Counted from the stretch's first letter, positions 28,517 to 39,804 are shown. The stretch is DNA of 64,000 bases from Candidatus Bathyarchaeota archaeon (GCA_963828195.1 CAWHDT010000008.1:1-64000); one strand, 5' to 3'. Notes: generated by a model from the letters alone, not told the origin. Program-made: numbers and translations.

Positions 28517-28723
28517 TTGCTCAATCTTTCTCTTATTATCGAATGCCTCTTTTTCTTGTTCCTGATATCTTTTCTTATAAATATGTTGTCACAATACTCG
28601 TCAGCGTTAAAAAAATTCTTTGGAACAGAAACCACCCGATTTTTTGTTATTTTGTCGGGCTCAATTTTTATAGGATTTGTCATTTACGCAATTGTAATTC
28701 AATATATTATTTTAGGCTTATGA
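28517..28723 (+). CDS. Small two-TM membrane protein
   Basis: Two hydrophobic helices, co-oriented within the operon; AGGAG upstream. Confidence 0.5.
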   Translation: MLNLSLIIECLFFLFLISFLINMLSQYSSALKKFFGTETTRFFVILSGSIFIGFVIYAIVIQYIILGL

Positions 28724-28754
28724 TTCCTAAAAAAGATTCAAAAGTAACGGATAG

Positions 28755-29936
28755 GTGATCGAGAAAATGCGTGTTGCTATGGTTCTTGAGAATCCGCTTT
28801 TCTTTGGTGGCGCAGAAACTCATGCGTATGAACTTTCCCGGCAATTAGTAATGTTGGGGCATGAAGTGGATTTTATCCAAATGTATGGATTACCAAAGAA
28901 ACGTACGATACATAAAAATGAAAAAATGAATCCATCATATTGGGTCCCAGCTCCAAAATCTCGATATTTAAATGCTTTACATGCACGTCTGTTGTGGTTA
29001 TACGGCTACTTGGACATCCCTTTTACTTCAAGAGAGATCCGTAAAGGCAAATATGACATTATACATCTTCATGGCTTTGGCTATTCATGCACTTTGATAG
29101 CAGCTTATTTGGCGAAATCAAATTCAAGCAAAATTGTGTGCACACTACATAACGATACGGCGCGCCACATCGATCGTAAAATAATCAAGCAACTTGCACC
29201 TTCCGTAGACGCTTTTATCGGAGTCAGTAAAGCAATAACTATTAAGTGGTTAGATGCTTATGGTCGAGAATCTTATTTAATACCTAATGGTGTTGAAAGT
29301 GAACGTTTTACTCCAGAAGTGGATGGCTCTAAAATCCGTCGAAAGCTGGGACTGGAAAATAAGTTCATCGTGCTTTCAATCTCCCGCTTGTCATACCAGA
29401 AAGGCCTAAAATACCTTATTAGGTCAGCCACAATACTTAAAGAAAAAAACCTTGATTTTGTCATTTTAATTTGTGGAACTGGGGAAGACGAAGAATATTT
29501 GAAAAAGTTAACGAAAAACCTCCATTTGGACAATTATGTGAGATTTCTAAAATATGTACCCTTTGCCCAACTTCCTGAATTATATGCTGCTTGCGATGTG
29601 TTTGTCATTGCTTCTATTTTTGAAGTTTTCAGTTTAACAATGCTCGAAGCTGTTAGTTCTGGAAAACAGATTATAACCACCAATGTAGGAATAGCTAAAG
29701 AGTCCGCTAAAGAACTTAAAGATGTTTGTGACGTTAAAATTGTTAAGTCAAGAAGCTCCGACGAAATTGGAAATGCAATTTTAGAGATTTATTATAAAAG
29801 AAAAGTTGGCGAGCTATTCGAAAAAGCCATGATCTGTCATGAGTATGCAGCTAAGAAATATTCTTGGCAAAATATTGCTCAACAAACTGAAAAAGTTTAT
29901 CTGTCAAAACTAGGTCGAGCAAATAATACATATTGA
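28755..29936 (+). CDS. GT4 glycosyltransferase
   Basis: GGAE, PNGV, QKG, EVFSLTMLEAVSSG. Confidence 0.9.
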   Translation: MIEKMRVAMVLENPLFFGGAETHAYELSRQLVMLGHEVDFIQMYGLPKKRTIHKNEKMNPSYWVPAPKSRYLNALHARLLWLYGYLDIPFTSREIRKGKYDIIHLHGFGYSCTLIAAYLAKSNSSKIVCTLHNDTARHIDRKIIKQLAPSVDAFIGVSKAITIKWLDAYGRESYLIPNGVESERFTPEVDGSKIRRKLGLENKFIVLSISRLSYQKGLKYLIRSATILKEKNLDFVILICGTGEDEEYLKKLTKNLHLDNYVRFLKYVPFAQLPELYAACDVFVIASIFEVFSLTMLEAVSSGKQIITTNVGIAKESAKELKDVCDVKIVKSRSSDEIGNAILEIYYKRKVGELFEKAMICHEYAAKKYSWQNIAQQTEKVYLSKLGRANNTY

Positions 29937-30081
29937 GAATTCTTGTTTTTTTTAATCATGACCCAGTATTATAAGGGATACTTCGTCTCAACCAAATCTA
30001 ATTGTCACGGTGAAAGCCAGCACGCAACAAGCCTTTATAAAAAAGCAATAAGTTTTATGATGGAAAGGAAACTGTGAATAA

Positions 30082-30579
30082 ATGAAAGCTAATTCTAATG
30101 TAAGAAAAGTCCGTGACTTTTTTGGCAAGATAATTGCAATACCAGTTGATCGCGCGCTTAAAAGGTATCTTTCCAACTTCCTTCTCAGACAGTATTTAGT
30201 CTGGGGAGATGAATCGAAATTAAAAATTGCGCCAACCGCATTTGTAGATAATACTTTATTTAATGTCGAATCAGGGAAAATCATAATTGAAGACTATGTT
30301 TTTTGTGGCCACAATGTATGCATAATAACCGCAACACATGACTATAAAAAAACTGGAATAGAACGAATGTACACAATTCCTCAGTCTGGGAGAGATGTTA
30401 TAATCAAAAAAGGTGCTTGGATAGCAAGTAACGCAACAATTTTAGGCCCGTGCATTATTGGGGAAAACTCTGTTATTAGTGCGGGTTGTCTAATCCGTAA
30501 AGATGTACCACCTAATACTATCTGTTTTTCTGACAATACAATAGTTATGAAAAAAATAAAATATGCCGACGAAAGTTAA
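30082..30579 (+). CDS. Hexapeptide-repeat O-acyltransferase
   Basis: GHNVCIITATHD, VIIKKGAWIASNATILGPCIIGENSVISAG. Confidence 0.88.
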   Translation: MKANSNVRKVRDFFGKIIAIPVDRALKRYLSNFLLRQYLVWGDESKLKIAPTAFVDNTLFNVESGKIIIEDYVFCGHNVCIITATHDYKKTGIERMYTIPQSGRDVIIKKGAWIASNATILGPCIIGENSVISAGCLIRKDVPPNTICFSDNTIVMKKIKYADES

Positions 30580-30655
30580 AGCTGCGTTGAAGAAGGTATT
30601 AAATCCAAGCTTCAAATTACTACTTTTGGAATGAGATTGATTCGGGGGGTATTTA

Positions 30656-31546
30656 ATGGCTTCATTTAAAGATAAAATCGATGTTTGCATACCGACGTGG
30701 AATAGCGGTAAAACGCTTGAGGTATGTTTGAAAAGCATATTAAAAGAAGTGCCCGTTAAAAACATTCGAATAATCGATAATTTCAGTGAGGATGCCACCC
30801 TTCAGATAGCTAAAAAATACAAAGCTATAATCGTTCAGAAAAAAGGTGGTATCGGTAAAGCTCGTCAATGCCTAATTGATAGTGTTACCACTGATTATTT
30901 TGCTTTCATAGACAGCGATGCAGTTCTAAGGAGTGGGTGGTTCGATAAAGTGATGAGCAAAATGGAAAGCGATGTAAAAATAGGCGAGGTTTGTGGTCTA
31001 TGGTTTTCTGACAATCCTCAAGACCGTCATTTCTGGGAAGTGTGCTGGAAAAGAATACGGCCTGATCATCCCATGTGGACCAGAGGCTACCTCATAGAAA
31101 CCCTAATCAAGACTGAAGCTGTCAAGGGCATTCACATTCCAGAGCAAATGAACAACTATGAAGATAAATTTATCAGAGATTACGTTGTATCTAAGGGGTA
31201 TCAATGGGCCGTTGCATACGACGCTTTCTGTGACCATCTTATTGGAGAAACGAGCTTCTGGAAAACATGTATTGGCCGGAAGTATTATGGCGCGGGTTTA
31301 AAAGAGTGGAAAGACGCAGACACAAAAGCATCAGCAAAAAAACTAATATTGAGTGCACCAATCGATTTGGCACGAGGATCCGCTATATCAATAAAAGCAA
31401 GAGACCCCTTAATTATTCCATTTAAGTTTTTCAGCGAGTTATTTACAATTATGGGTTATTTTGGTTCCAGTAATGGGCTTTTATTGAAAGAAATTGAGAA
31501 GGATTCTGATTATAAGAGGCAATACACTAAATTCAAAAAGCACTGA
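30656..31546 (+). CDS. GT2 glycosyltransferase
   Basis: VCIPTWNS, IIDNFSEDAT, FIDSD, YED. Confidence 0.88.
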   Translation: MASFKDKIDVCIPTWNSGKTLEVCLKSILKEVPVKNIRIIDNFSEDATLQIAKKYKAIIVQKKGGIGKARQCLIDSVTTDYFAFIDSDAVLRSGWFDKVMSKMESDVKIGEVCGLWFSDNPQDRHFWEVCWKRIRPDHPMWTRGYLIETLIKTEAVKGIHIPEQMNNYEDKFIRDYVVSKGYQWAVAYDAFCDHLIGETSFWKTCIGRKYYGAGLKEWKDADTKASAKKLILSAPIDLARGSAISIKARDPLIIPFKFFSELFTIMGYFGSSNGLLLKEIEKDSDYKRQYTKFKKH

Positions 31547-31710
31547 AAAGGTTTTTTAACATAAAACCTTGTTTCCCTCACCCCTTCTCAACCTGTAAAT
31601 CATTGTTTTTTCTGGTCTTTCAGAAAATATTATGAGAAAAGTGTGAACATCAAATTAAGTGATAACCAGAACAGATTATGATTTTTAGAGCATAACAGAG
31701 TTTTCTCAAT

Positions 31711-32829
31711 TTGATTCCAGCTTTCTCGGTTAATTTTATCTCAAGGTTATATCCCAACAGGAAGTTTCGGTTAAAGATGCTCAAATATTTCAGCAACGTG
31801 GTTGAGGAACCCATCAATACAGGTGGTCGCAAAGCGATACATGATATGCAATCAATTATCAAAAATTTTCTTGTGAACGAAAAAATTTCGTATCAAGAAT
31901 ATTGCTTTAGAAAACTTAGTTCGCGTGCACATCTGCTTTTGCCGAGCCCTCATTCTAAATACATGTTTTTTGGATACTTGGGCGATCCTTTTTTCAAGCC
32001 ACCGCTTGTCGTTGGATACACTTTTTTCTTTTTCTTGGTTGCTATTAAGAAAAGAATAGTCAAGGAAAAATACTACATTATCGTACCCGACTTAATTGAA
32101 TTGCAGTCAACAGTTTTATATGGCAAAAAAGGTTGGTTATCCAGTTTTTTTAAGAATTTCCAGTGCTTTCTCGAACGATTTTTACTATCTAACGTAGCAG
32201 ATGAAGTTATTTCTTTGGCAGAAAAAAATTTCATGCAAGAAAAATATGGGACAAAGCAAATATGGGAACTTGAATTTCTTGATCATTGCACCGACGTTAC
32301 ATCTAGTTCGAACTCTAAAAACATTCGAGTGCTTTACTGCGGCGATTTGGGCAGTAGGAAAGGAGTGCGTATAGAGTTTTTTGAAGAAGTTTTGAATAAT
32401 TTGCCTATCTCTTCGGAGTTCTGGTTAGCTGCTAGCGGAATAGATAAAAAAGATCTTAAACGTTTGGAAAAATTCAAGAATTTTAGGTTCTTAGGGCAAA
32501 TGGAAATTGAAGAAATGAATAATATTGCGAAACAATGCAACTTCGGGCTCATCTATTACTTGCCAGAAATTCTTTACTACAATATTCTGCCTTCAATGAA
32601 ACTTAGTTTTTACATTTCCAATGGATTAACTGTGGTTTCTTCTAATTTGGAAAGAACCAAGCAACTGAATGACAAATATGATTTCGGTTACGTGTTGAAG
32701 ACCGAAGAAATGCTGGGATTCTTCAGAAACTTGACGATAGATATGGCCAAACAAAATCACGCACTCCAAGAAAAAATAGCCACTGGACAGTTTCTTTACG
32801 AAGCTTTGCAGAATTTAGATCTATCATAA
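31711..32829 (+). CDS. GT-B fold glycosyltransferase (galactofuranosyltransferase-like)
   Basis: TGGRKA..D, LYCGDLG.RKG, FGLIY, PSMKLSFYISNGL; true start probably later than 31711. Confidence 0.65.
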   Translation: MIPAFSVNFISRLYPNRKFRLKMLKYFSNVVEEPINTGGRKAIHDMQSIIKNFLVNEKISYQEYCFRKLSSRAHLLLPSPHSKYMFFGYLGDPFFKPPLVVGYTFFFFLVAIKKRIVKEKYYIIVPDLIELQSTVLYGKKGWLSSFFKNFQCFLERFLLSNVADEVISLAEKNFMQEKYGTKQIWELEFLDHCTDVTSSSNSKNIRVLYCGDLGSRKGVRIEFFEEVLNNLPISSEFWLAASGIDKKDLKRLEKFKNFRFLGQMEIEEMNNIAKQCNFGLIYYLPEILYYNILPSMKLSFYISNGLTVVSSNLERTKQLNDKYDFGYVLKTEEMLGFFRNLTIDMAKQNHALQEKIATGQFLYEALQNLDLS

Positions 32830-33180
32830 TAATGTGCTCGTTGATGATCTGCCTTAGAATTTTATTCATGAACCTATTTGAACGGTGATGCTTTTTCGCT
32901 AAAGAATTGCCTGCGGATTTTGCTCGGTCAGGAAAATTCCCGATTTTTCTTGCTCAGTCATATTTATATTACAATGTTTTCCGAGAAATAAATGTCAGCG
33001 GCCTTAATTTTTTGGCAATCTGCAAAGCCGTGACCTGCGGAAATTTAAAATAATTGAGTAATTCGGGATAACCCAAATCAATTGGCAATAGTCGGAATCC
33101 CGTTAAAGTCGCCGGCGAAGGTTGTTTGCTTGTCCTATCTGCTTAATAATATGATTATTGCACCATTTACATCTAATTGC

Positions 33181-33811
33181 TTAGCTAAAAACAGACTCGC
33201 TAGAAGCTTTAGGAACATTTTTGATGAATTTGGCGGGGTTTCCCGCCCAAATTTCTTTTGCAGGCACTTTTTTAGTAACAACCGACCGAGCTCCAATCAC
33301 CGCTTCCTCGCCGATCGTGACGCCTTTAAGTATTAGAGCGTCTGCACCAATGAAGACGTGATCTTTAATAATTACAGGCATTGACTTTATGTTTGTGTCA
33401 TTTTGTTTTCGGTCAAAGTAGCTTGGGGAATGAAAATCGCTATCAAAAAATTTTGGTGCCGCCTCCAATGTTAACGTTGCAGCCTATTTGGATGCTATTA
33501 TGAGCTGCTATGATTACGTTAGATAATCCTGCGCCGTCACCTATTTCTATGCTGGCATTCTCTTTCAATATCGCCAAAACTGAACGTGTGCCCCCAATTA
33601 ATCCAGATTCAAAACTTGAATTGAAAATTACGTTTCGACCTAGTTTAATTGATCCATCAGCCAACTTGACAATGAGAATGCGGCCGTAGATTTTTGGGAA
33701 TGTTTCGTAAGTAACTTTATTTTTTGACAGCATCCAACGATTGTTAAGAGCAGAGTAACAATAACTGGGTTTAGCAGCCAGTTGGGAGATTACGTTAAAC
33801 ATATTTGTCAA
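33181..33811 (-). pseudogene. Hexapeptide O-acyltransferase split by a 1-nt frameshift in a T6 run
   Basis: 33443-33811 ends IGGGTKIF-stop; 33181-33468 continues FDSDFH...VIIKDHVFIG...GNPAKFI; removing one T at 33445-33450 restores KIFDSDFH. Confidence 0.85.
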
Positions 33812-34249
33812 CCTTCATAATGGCTATTAGAACCATTATGAAGTAGTCTATTAAGAATTTGTTAAAATCCCCTCCCTTGCGATGTTGCCCTTTACTGAAT
33901 GTTCAATTTTTTTAACAATCATTGGTTAAAGTCTTTTGGCTACAAAGCACTGGAGGTTACAAGGAGAACTGGCAAGGAAAATATTCAAGTTTACTTTGGT
34001 ATCTATAATTCGGAGAGCATCTTTCAGAGCCCGTCCGTGTTCTTTTTGTTCTCCGCAGGTTAATAGGTAAGCGTGTAAATGAAGTTGCGGAATCGAATTT
34101 TTGAAAAGTAGATCGCCTTTTCCAAAATTTTGTTGGAAGAACTGTTTGCGGAAAATAAACTCTCGTAGCTTTCCCTTTCGCTCCGAACATTGCCCTTTAA
34201 ATAGCGAAAAAGCTCTAAATGAAGAAACATAACCTTGCAGATATTGTAT

Positions 34250-36466
34250 TTAAGTAAAGTAAGCTGTTGCCGTTTGGTTTGTGTTCATTTCCAATGATGT
34301 ACTCTGAGTGGTCTGGTTTACTCCGTTGATTTTCCATTCATCAAAGCTATAGCCTGTGTTTGGATAGGCCGTGATTTCAACATTTGCTCCATTTGGAAAT
34401 TGCCAATTACCAGTAGTTGTAGTAATATTGCTATTATTGTATGACCAGCCAACTGTACCGGGACCGTTACAATTCTCGGTTAATACATAATATCCAGATA
34501 AACCTGTATTGCCTTGAAGTGTAGTGTTGTAGCTTGCACTCATGCTGATTGGTGTTCCTGTAACTCCTGAGAAATTGCAGTTTGCAATGTAAGTATTGTT
34601 CGCCGGGGAACCTGTATCTGTTATGCCTGAGCTGCAGTCTAAAAATGTGTTGCCTACGAAGTTAACGTCGAAGCCAGCGATAACAACAGGCTCATAAAAA
34701 ACGTTGTTTGTAATTTGTGCTCCGATAGTTTGGGTTGCTGGGTAGGTGCCTAAAGCATAGGCGGAGCATCCAGTTATTGTATTGTTGTTTACGATAGTAT
34801 TGACTGCTCCTTGAATCTGTATACCGTATAGTGAACTGCCCCCGCCGTTTAAGGTGTTACCCTGCATTAGGACATTGTTACTCGTCGATACAATGTTATA
34901 TGGACACAGAGACACTGTGTTGTTTAGAATATTCACATAATTACTGTTTTCAGCGGCTATTCCCCAGTGGCTTGCTCCTGAATACTGCGTGACGTTTTGG
35001 ACGTTGCAGTTTTCAATAGTGCAGTTTGATGCTTGAAAAGTGTTTATGCCGACGTCTTGACCTCCTATGTCTGTGCAAGCGTTTATGATGGAGTTAGATG
35101 AGCTTACATCAAGTGTTATTGGGTTGTCACCATCATTTATCGTGGTGCAATTTTGGACCAGTGAGTTGGCGCAGTTGAGAAGGTCTATTCCCTGCCCAAC
35201 AACGTTTTCTACGACAGCATTTTCCACTATAATACCGCTGTCTGCACCACCATAAAAACCGATTCCAAAATATATGCCAAAGTTGGCGTTCCAAGTACCT
35301 GTGTTTCTGAAATCGCTGAGGCTTCCTTTGTTACCGTTCCAAATTCCGCCATCAACAATAAAATTTTGAACCTGACCGCCAGTTAACATTAACGATATAC
35401 TGTCATTAAGGGCAGCTGGTGGGTTTTGGCTGATTGTTATTCCAGTTGCATTGAAGAAAACGTTACTTTGAGGAATCAAAGTTCCATCGAGAATGATAGT
35501 GCCATTAACTAATGTTACATCACCACCGCCAAGGGAACTAACCCAAGAAATAGCGTTGTTTATTATGGTTGAACTTGAACCTAAAGTGTATAAGCCATCA
35601 TCGCTGAAGTAAGTCCCGTTACCTAATTGCCCGCAATAAACATTTGTCGCAGAACCAACCCCGAGAGATGGCGTGCCAGCACGGAAAGTAACTATACAAC
35701 CGCTGTAATAACAGCCTCCAAGCGTTGTTCCTGAATCAGCTGCACCTGCACTGCTAACAACTTTGTAAAGATCTGCAAAGCTAATATATTCACCACTACT
35801 GCTATTGTCTAAAACGTTACCTGCACCTCCAACCATTTTGAAACTATTAGTAGAATTCGACTGCGCCGCGCCAGCCGCACTACTGCCCAAGCCGAAGATT
35901 CCACCTATCCACAATTCATCAGCTTGCGTAGTTACATTTGTCGTTCCTGTATCTGCGGTTTGAGTCAAACCGCCACTATTGTAAGCGGTTTGGTCAACAC
36001 AATTTGAAACGGCTAAACCAGACCATTCAAACACACTCGCCATTACCTCTGGATAACTGCCATACCCATTATCAACATTTATCGTTATGTTTGTACCGGC
36101 TTCAGGTAAAACTATACCGTACCAAACAGCTACAGACCCCTCATCAGTCGCTGGGCTCCAAATCACATTAACTTGTTTTATAATTGATATAGACGGGCTG
36201 CCTCCCCCGTAATCGATCCCGCCATAACAGAGAATAAGTACATCGCCACAAACTGGACTCTGCGATAGAGCGAGGTTGAAGGCGCCGCTGGCGATATTGG
36301 CTGTTGTTGTCTCTGGACCCTGAACTAATGTTATACCGCCATTGCCAATCACGCCGGAAGATTGAATGTTCACCGAAGTGGTTATCAGCGAAAAACCAAC
36401 TGTCGAAGCAATAAGTAGACATAACGTTAATGCTACAACTGTGTAAACGAAGCTGCGCTTTTTCAT
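34250..36466 (-). CDS. Secreted right-handed parallel beta-helix (pectin-lyase-like) protein with an N-terminal beta-rich domain and a C-terminal B-repeat-like domain
   Basis: Signal peptide MKKRSFVY...TVGFS; cap INNAISWVSSLGGGDVTLVNGT; stacked N/C/I repeats; C-terminal VEITAYPNTGYSFDEW. Confidence 0.8.
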   Translation of the reverse strand: MKKRSFVYTVVALTLCLLIASTVGFSLITTSVNIQSSGVIGNGGITLVQGPETTTANIASGAFNLALSQSPVCGDVLILCYGGIDYGGGSPSISIIKQVNVIWSPATDEGSVAVWYGIVLPEAGTNITINVDNGYGSYPEVMASVFEWSGLAVSNCVDQTAYNSGGLTQTADTGTTNVTTQADELWIGGIFGLGSSAAGAAQSNSTNSFKMVGGAGNVLDNSSSGEYISFADLYKVVSSAGAADSGTTLGGCYYSGCIVTFRAGTPSLGVGSATNVYCGQLGNGTYFSDDGLYTLGSSSTIINNAISWVSSLGGGDVTLVNGTIILDGTLIPQSNVFFNATGITISQNPPAALNDSISLMLTGGQVQNFIVDGGIWNGNKGSLSDFRNTGTWNANFGIYFGIGFYGGADSGIIVENAVVENVVGQGIDLLNCANSLVQNCTTINDGDNPITLDVSSSNSIINACTDIGGQDVGINTFQASNCTIENCNVQNVTQYSGASHWGIAAENSNYVNILNNTVSLCPYNIVSTSNNVLMQGNTLNGGGSSLYGIQIQGAVNTIVNNNTITGCSAYALGTYPATQTIGAQITNNVFYEPVVIAGFDVNFVGNTFLDCSSGITDTGSPANNTYIANCNFSGVTGTPISMSASYNTTLQGNTGLSGYYVLTENCNGPGTVGWSYNNSNITTTTGNWQFPNGANVEITAYPNTGYSFDEWKINGVNQTTQSTSLEMNTNQTATAYFT

Positions 36467-36728
36467 TCTGACGCAATCCTTAGTTAACCTACTTAAACAA
36501 CATGAAATCAAGTCAGTTCACGATATAAGTTTTTGTTTATTTCTGTTCACCAGATATACAGTACAACAGATATACAAAAAACTATAAGTAAAACTTAGGA
36601 AAAAATTCCATATTTAAACTTAAAAAGAACATCCTTTTACTAATTTTTATGATTAATAAAAACTCACAACGAAAAGCAGTCTTTTATATGATAAAATTTA
36701 AGTAATCAAGAAGTGAAGATGGTAGCAA

Positions 36729-37274
36729 ATGCTAAGTAAAGAAGAAGTACGTTTAGCACTGGTTATAGTCATTTGCTCAGCCATATTAGTATCTTCATGT
36801 GTTTATATATTCGTTTTTGCATCCGAAAAAACCACCTTTTTCCAGTTATCGTTAACTGGTCCTGATGGAGCTATTTTAGCGCCAGAATTAAACGTGGCAT
36901 CAAATGAAAATTGCTCTATGTTGTTAACTGTTCAAAACTCCATGGGCAATAATGAACAGTGCAGATTGGACGCTGAGCTTTCAATTTTAAATTCCACAGG
37001 TAACTTGGTAAATTCCACAGCCCTTAATGGCTACACTTTTAGCATAAACCAAAATGGCACTTGGAACCAAACTTTCACTTGTCAAATTAACAATAGCACA
37101 AATGATAATGTAAACATAATAACATTTGATAATACCTCATTTTCAGCAGGTCAATACAACGAAAATTTAATTTTCCAGTTTAGATTTGACTTATGGGCAT
37201 ATAATGACACTATTGGTACTTACTCTTACACAAATACCTGGGTTTCATCTCCATTCCTTGATCCAACAAGTTAA
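36729..37274 (+). CDS. DUF1616 C-terminal-like membrane-anchored protein
   Basis: One TM, then FFQLSLTGPDG, LTVQNSMG, FRFDLW; many sequons. Confidence 0.55.
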   Translation: MLSKEEVRLALVIVICSAILVSSCVYIFVFASEKTTFFQLSLTGPDGAILAPELNVASNENCSMLLTVQNSMGNNEQCRLDAELSILNSTGNLVNSTALNGYTFSINQNGTWNQTFTCQINNSTNDNVNIITFDNTSFSAGQYNENLIFQFRFDLWAYNDTIGTYSYTNTWVSSPFLDPTS

Positions 37275-37294
37275 ATTATAACATCGGCGATTGA

Positions 37295-38227
37295 ATGTTT
37301 AAAAAAAACAAGTTTCCTTCAGTTTCAATCGTTGTCATAGTTAGAAATATGCAAGGTACAATTAGCAGCTGTTTACAAAGTTTAACAAACCAAAACATAG
37401 CCCAAGATAAATACGAAATAATTGTCGTCGATAACAATTCAACCGACAATACAAAACAAATCATCCAGCAATACCCTGTAAGACTCTTTTCGGAGAAAAC
37501 TGTCGGCAATTTTGGAGGCGCAAGAAATAAAGGCATCAAAGAATCGAGGGGAGCAATAGTAGCCTTTGTCGATGCAGATTGCACTGTTGACAAAGGCTAT
37601 ATCCGCAAAATATTGAATTTTCATTCACTAAATCCCGACATTACCGGCATGTGCGGATCACTAATTAATCCATATCCCAAAAACAAAGTGGCTCGAACTC
37701 TCTGCTACGGCCAATGCGGTTTTTGGTCTCCCAAAGCTCCTAAGCGTCTTGTAAATTTCCTGCCAGGATGCAACAGCAGCTATCAAAAAGCTGCTTTGCT
37801 CGAGGTCGGTATGTTTCCTGAAGAAACTGCATCAGAAGATATTATTCTGGGACAAAAGCTAATAGCGAATGGTAAACGATTACTCTTTGACCCCTCCTAT
37901 CCGATTGTACATAATTTTGACAAATCGCTACAGATCTTGTCCAGAAAAGAAGAACGATGCGGGACAGCACATTTCAACATGTATTCGTCAAAGAAAAATA
38001 TGAATACGGCAAGATTAGCGGGCATAGTGTTTTTTATGCCAATATTCATTGTAGGTAGAACAATGACGGGTTTTCAAAGAATGCTGAAATTCTCGCTTGA
38101 TAAAAAAGATGCGATTCTGCTATTTCATTATTTAGTTTACTCAGGTGTTTTTTGGACAAGAGGATACCAAAAGCAGGCTTTCCGAGTGAGAAAAACTCAA
38201 CTAATTAATCAGAAGGTCGGAAAATGA
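37295..38227 (+). CDS. GT2 glycosyltransferase
   Basis: VVDNNSTD, ARNKG, FVDADC, SED. Confidence 0.9.
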   Translation: MFKKNKFPSVSIVVIVRNMQGTISSCLQSLTNQNIAQDKYEIIVVDNNSTDNTKQIIQQYPVRLFSEKTVGNFGGARNKGIKESRGAIVAFVDADCTVDKGYIRKILNFHSLNPDITGMCGSLINPYPKNKVARTLCYGQCGFWSPKAPKRLVNFLPGCNSSYQKAALLEVGMFPEETASEDIILGQKLIANGKRLLFDPSYPIVHNFDKSLQILSRKEERCGTAHFNMYSSKKNMNTARLAGIVFFMPIFIVGRTMTGFQRMLKFSLDKKDAILLFHYLVYSGVFWTRGYQKQAFRVRKTQLINQKVGK

Positions 38228-39306
38228 AGGTAGCGGTACTGTACTGGCAACTTGCCCATTTCGGAGGAGCTGAGAGGGTCGTTCTGTCAATTGCAAAAAA
38301 TTTCAATTCAACAATCTTCACAGGGAATTTCGACGCTTCCAAGACTTACCCAGATTTTCAAAAAACCAAGATTAAAACATATGGGAATCTGTTAATTAAC
38401 AGCCCGTTCAGAATGTATGAAGGCGCCCTTAATTCATTTTTACTGGACTTGAAAGAATTTGACATTATTAATCCTCACAATTTTCCAAACAATTCTGTGT
38501 CCTTACGATATGGTGACCGAACAGTCTGGTATTGCCATGCACCTCTGAGAGCTGTTTATGACCTTAAAGCGTACTATGCCAGTAAATTAAAAGTGGCTCA
38601 GAAGATCTTTTTTTGGTCACACCACTCAATGCTTGAAATAGTTGATAAAATAGCACTACAACGGATTAATAAGATACTGACAAATAGCCATGTTGCTGAA
38701 AAAAGAATAAAAAAGTATTACAAAAGAGACTCAGTTGTGGTATATCCTGGGGTAAATACTGATTTATATAAGAACGAAGAGTTTGGCGATTTTTTTCTTT
38801 TTGTAGGCGGTTTATCGAGATATTCGAACGAGTCTAACAAGAGAGTTGAACTTGCGATTGATGCCATGAGACTTCTCAAGGATAAGCAACTATACGTTGT
38901 AGGGGGAGGTACTCACAAGGCATATTTAGAAGCACATGCACCCAGTAATGTGAAGTTCCTTGGAAATGTCAGCGAAAAATCTCTTGCTGATTTGTATTCC
39001 CGATGTTCAGCAGTAATCTATCCTTCCTTTGATGAAGAATTCGGATATGTACCGGTCGAAGCTATGGCTTCGGGTAAACCTGTAATCGCCTGCAAAGACG
39101 GCGGTGGTGTATGCGAAACAATAATTGATAAGAAAACCGGTTTTATAGTGGAACCTAATCCTGCAGCTATCGCTCTTGCAGCTAATAAGCTAAAAGATAA
39201 AAAACTCCTATACGAAATGAGCGAGAATTCGCTGCAGCGAAGTTTAATGTTCTCTGAAAAAAAGTTTATTGAAGGCATTAAACAGAATTTTGATTTTTCC
39301 CAATAA
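38224..39306 (+). CDS. GT4 glycosyltransferase (WbaZ-like)
   Basis: GGAERV, WYCHAP, EEFGYVPVEAMASGKPVIA. Confidence 0.9.
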   Translation: MKVAVLYWQLAHFGGAERVVLSIAKNFNSTIFTGNFDASKTYPDFQKTKIKTYGNLLINSPFRMYEGALNSFLLDLKEFDIINPHNFPNNSVSLRYGDRTVWYCHAPLRAVYDLKAYYASKLKVAQKIFFWSHHSMLEIVDKIALQRINKILTNSHVAEKRIKKYYKRDSVVVYPGVNTDLYKNEEFGDFFLFVGGLSRYSNESNKRVELAIDAMRLLKDKQLYVVGGGTHKAYLEAHAPSNVKFLGNVSEKSLADLYSRCSAVIYPSFDEEFGYVPVEAMASGKPVIACKDGGGVCETIIDKKTGFIVEPNPAAIALAANKLKDKKLLYEMSENSLQRSLMFSEKKFIEGIKQNFDFSQ

Positions 39307-39405
39307 AGCTATAACGTCTAACGATATCATAGTTTCATTTCATTATCTCAGAAAGGTTTACTATTTGCAAAAGTATATGTTTGAACGACATCAGGAAGAT
39401 AGAAA

Positions 39406-39804
39406 TTGAATTCATCTAAAAATCACCCAAATGTGCAACGCCTTTCTATCTATTCGGCTCTTTGGTACATAGGGGTGATAGTAGTTATTGCGCTGTCAAT
39501 TGATTCTATGGTTTTAATATCTCCCACAAATTTTCCTTTAGCAATATTAAGATGGTTCTCTGGTTTAATCATGCTTACATGGGTTCCCGGCTTCTGTTTT
39601 GTAAAATTACTTTTCCCCTTTAAGACAGCAGGAAGCCCCGAAACAATCACCTTAAGCGTCGCATTAAGTATTCTCTTTACGATTTTAATCGCCTTACTCT
39701 GTAACTTCACCCTTTTGGGGCTCTCCGAAACACCGATAATGGGTATTTTATTTGCAGTTTCAGTTACGTTTGCCAGTGCTGCAATTTACAGGCAAAATAA
39801 ATAG
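39406..39804 (+). CDS. DUF1616 N-terminal-like four-TM protein
   Basis: LRWFSGLIMLTWVPGFCFVKLLFP...ETITLSVALSI...LCNFTLLG. Confidence 0.7.
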   Translation: MNSSKNHPNVQRLSIYSALWYIGVIVVIALSIDSMVLISPTNFPLAILRWFSGLIMLTWVPGFCFVKLLFPFKTAGSPETITLSVALSILFTILIALLCNFTLLGLSETPIMGILFAVSVTFASAAIYRQNK

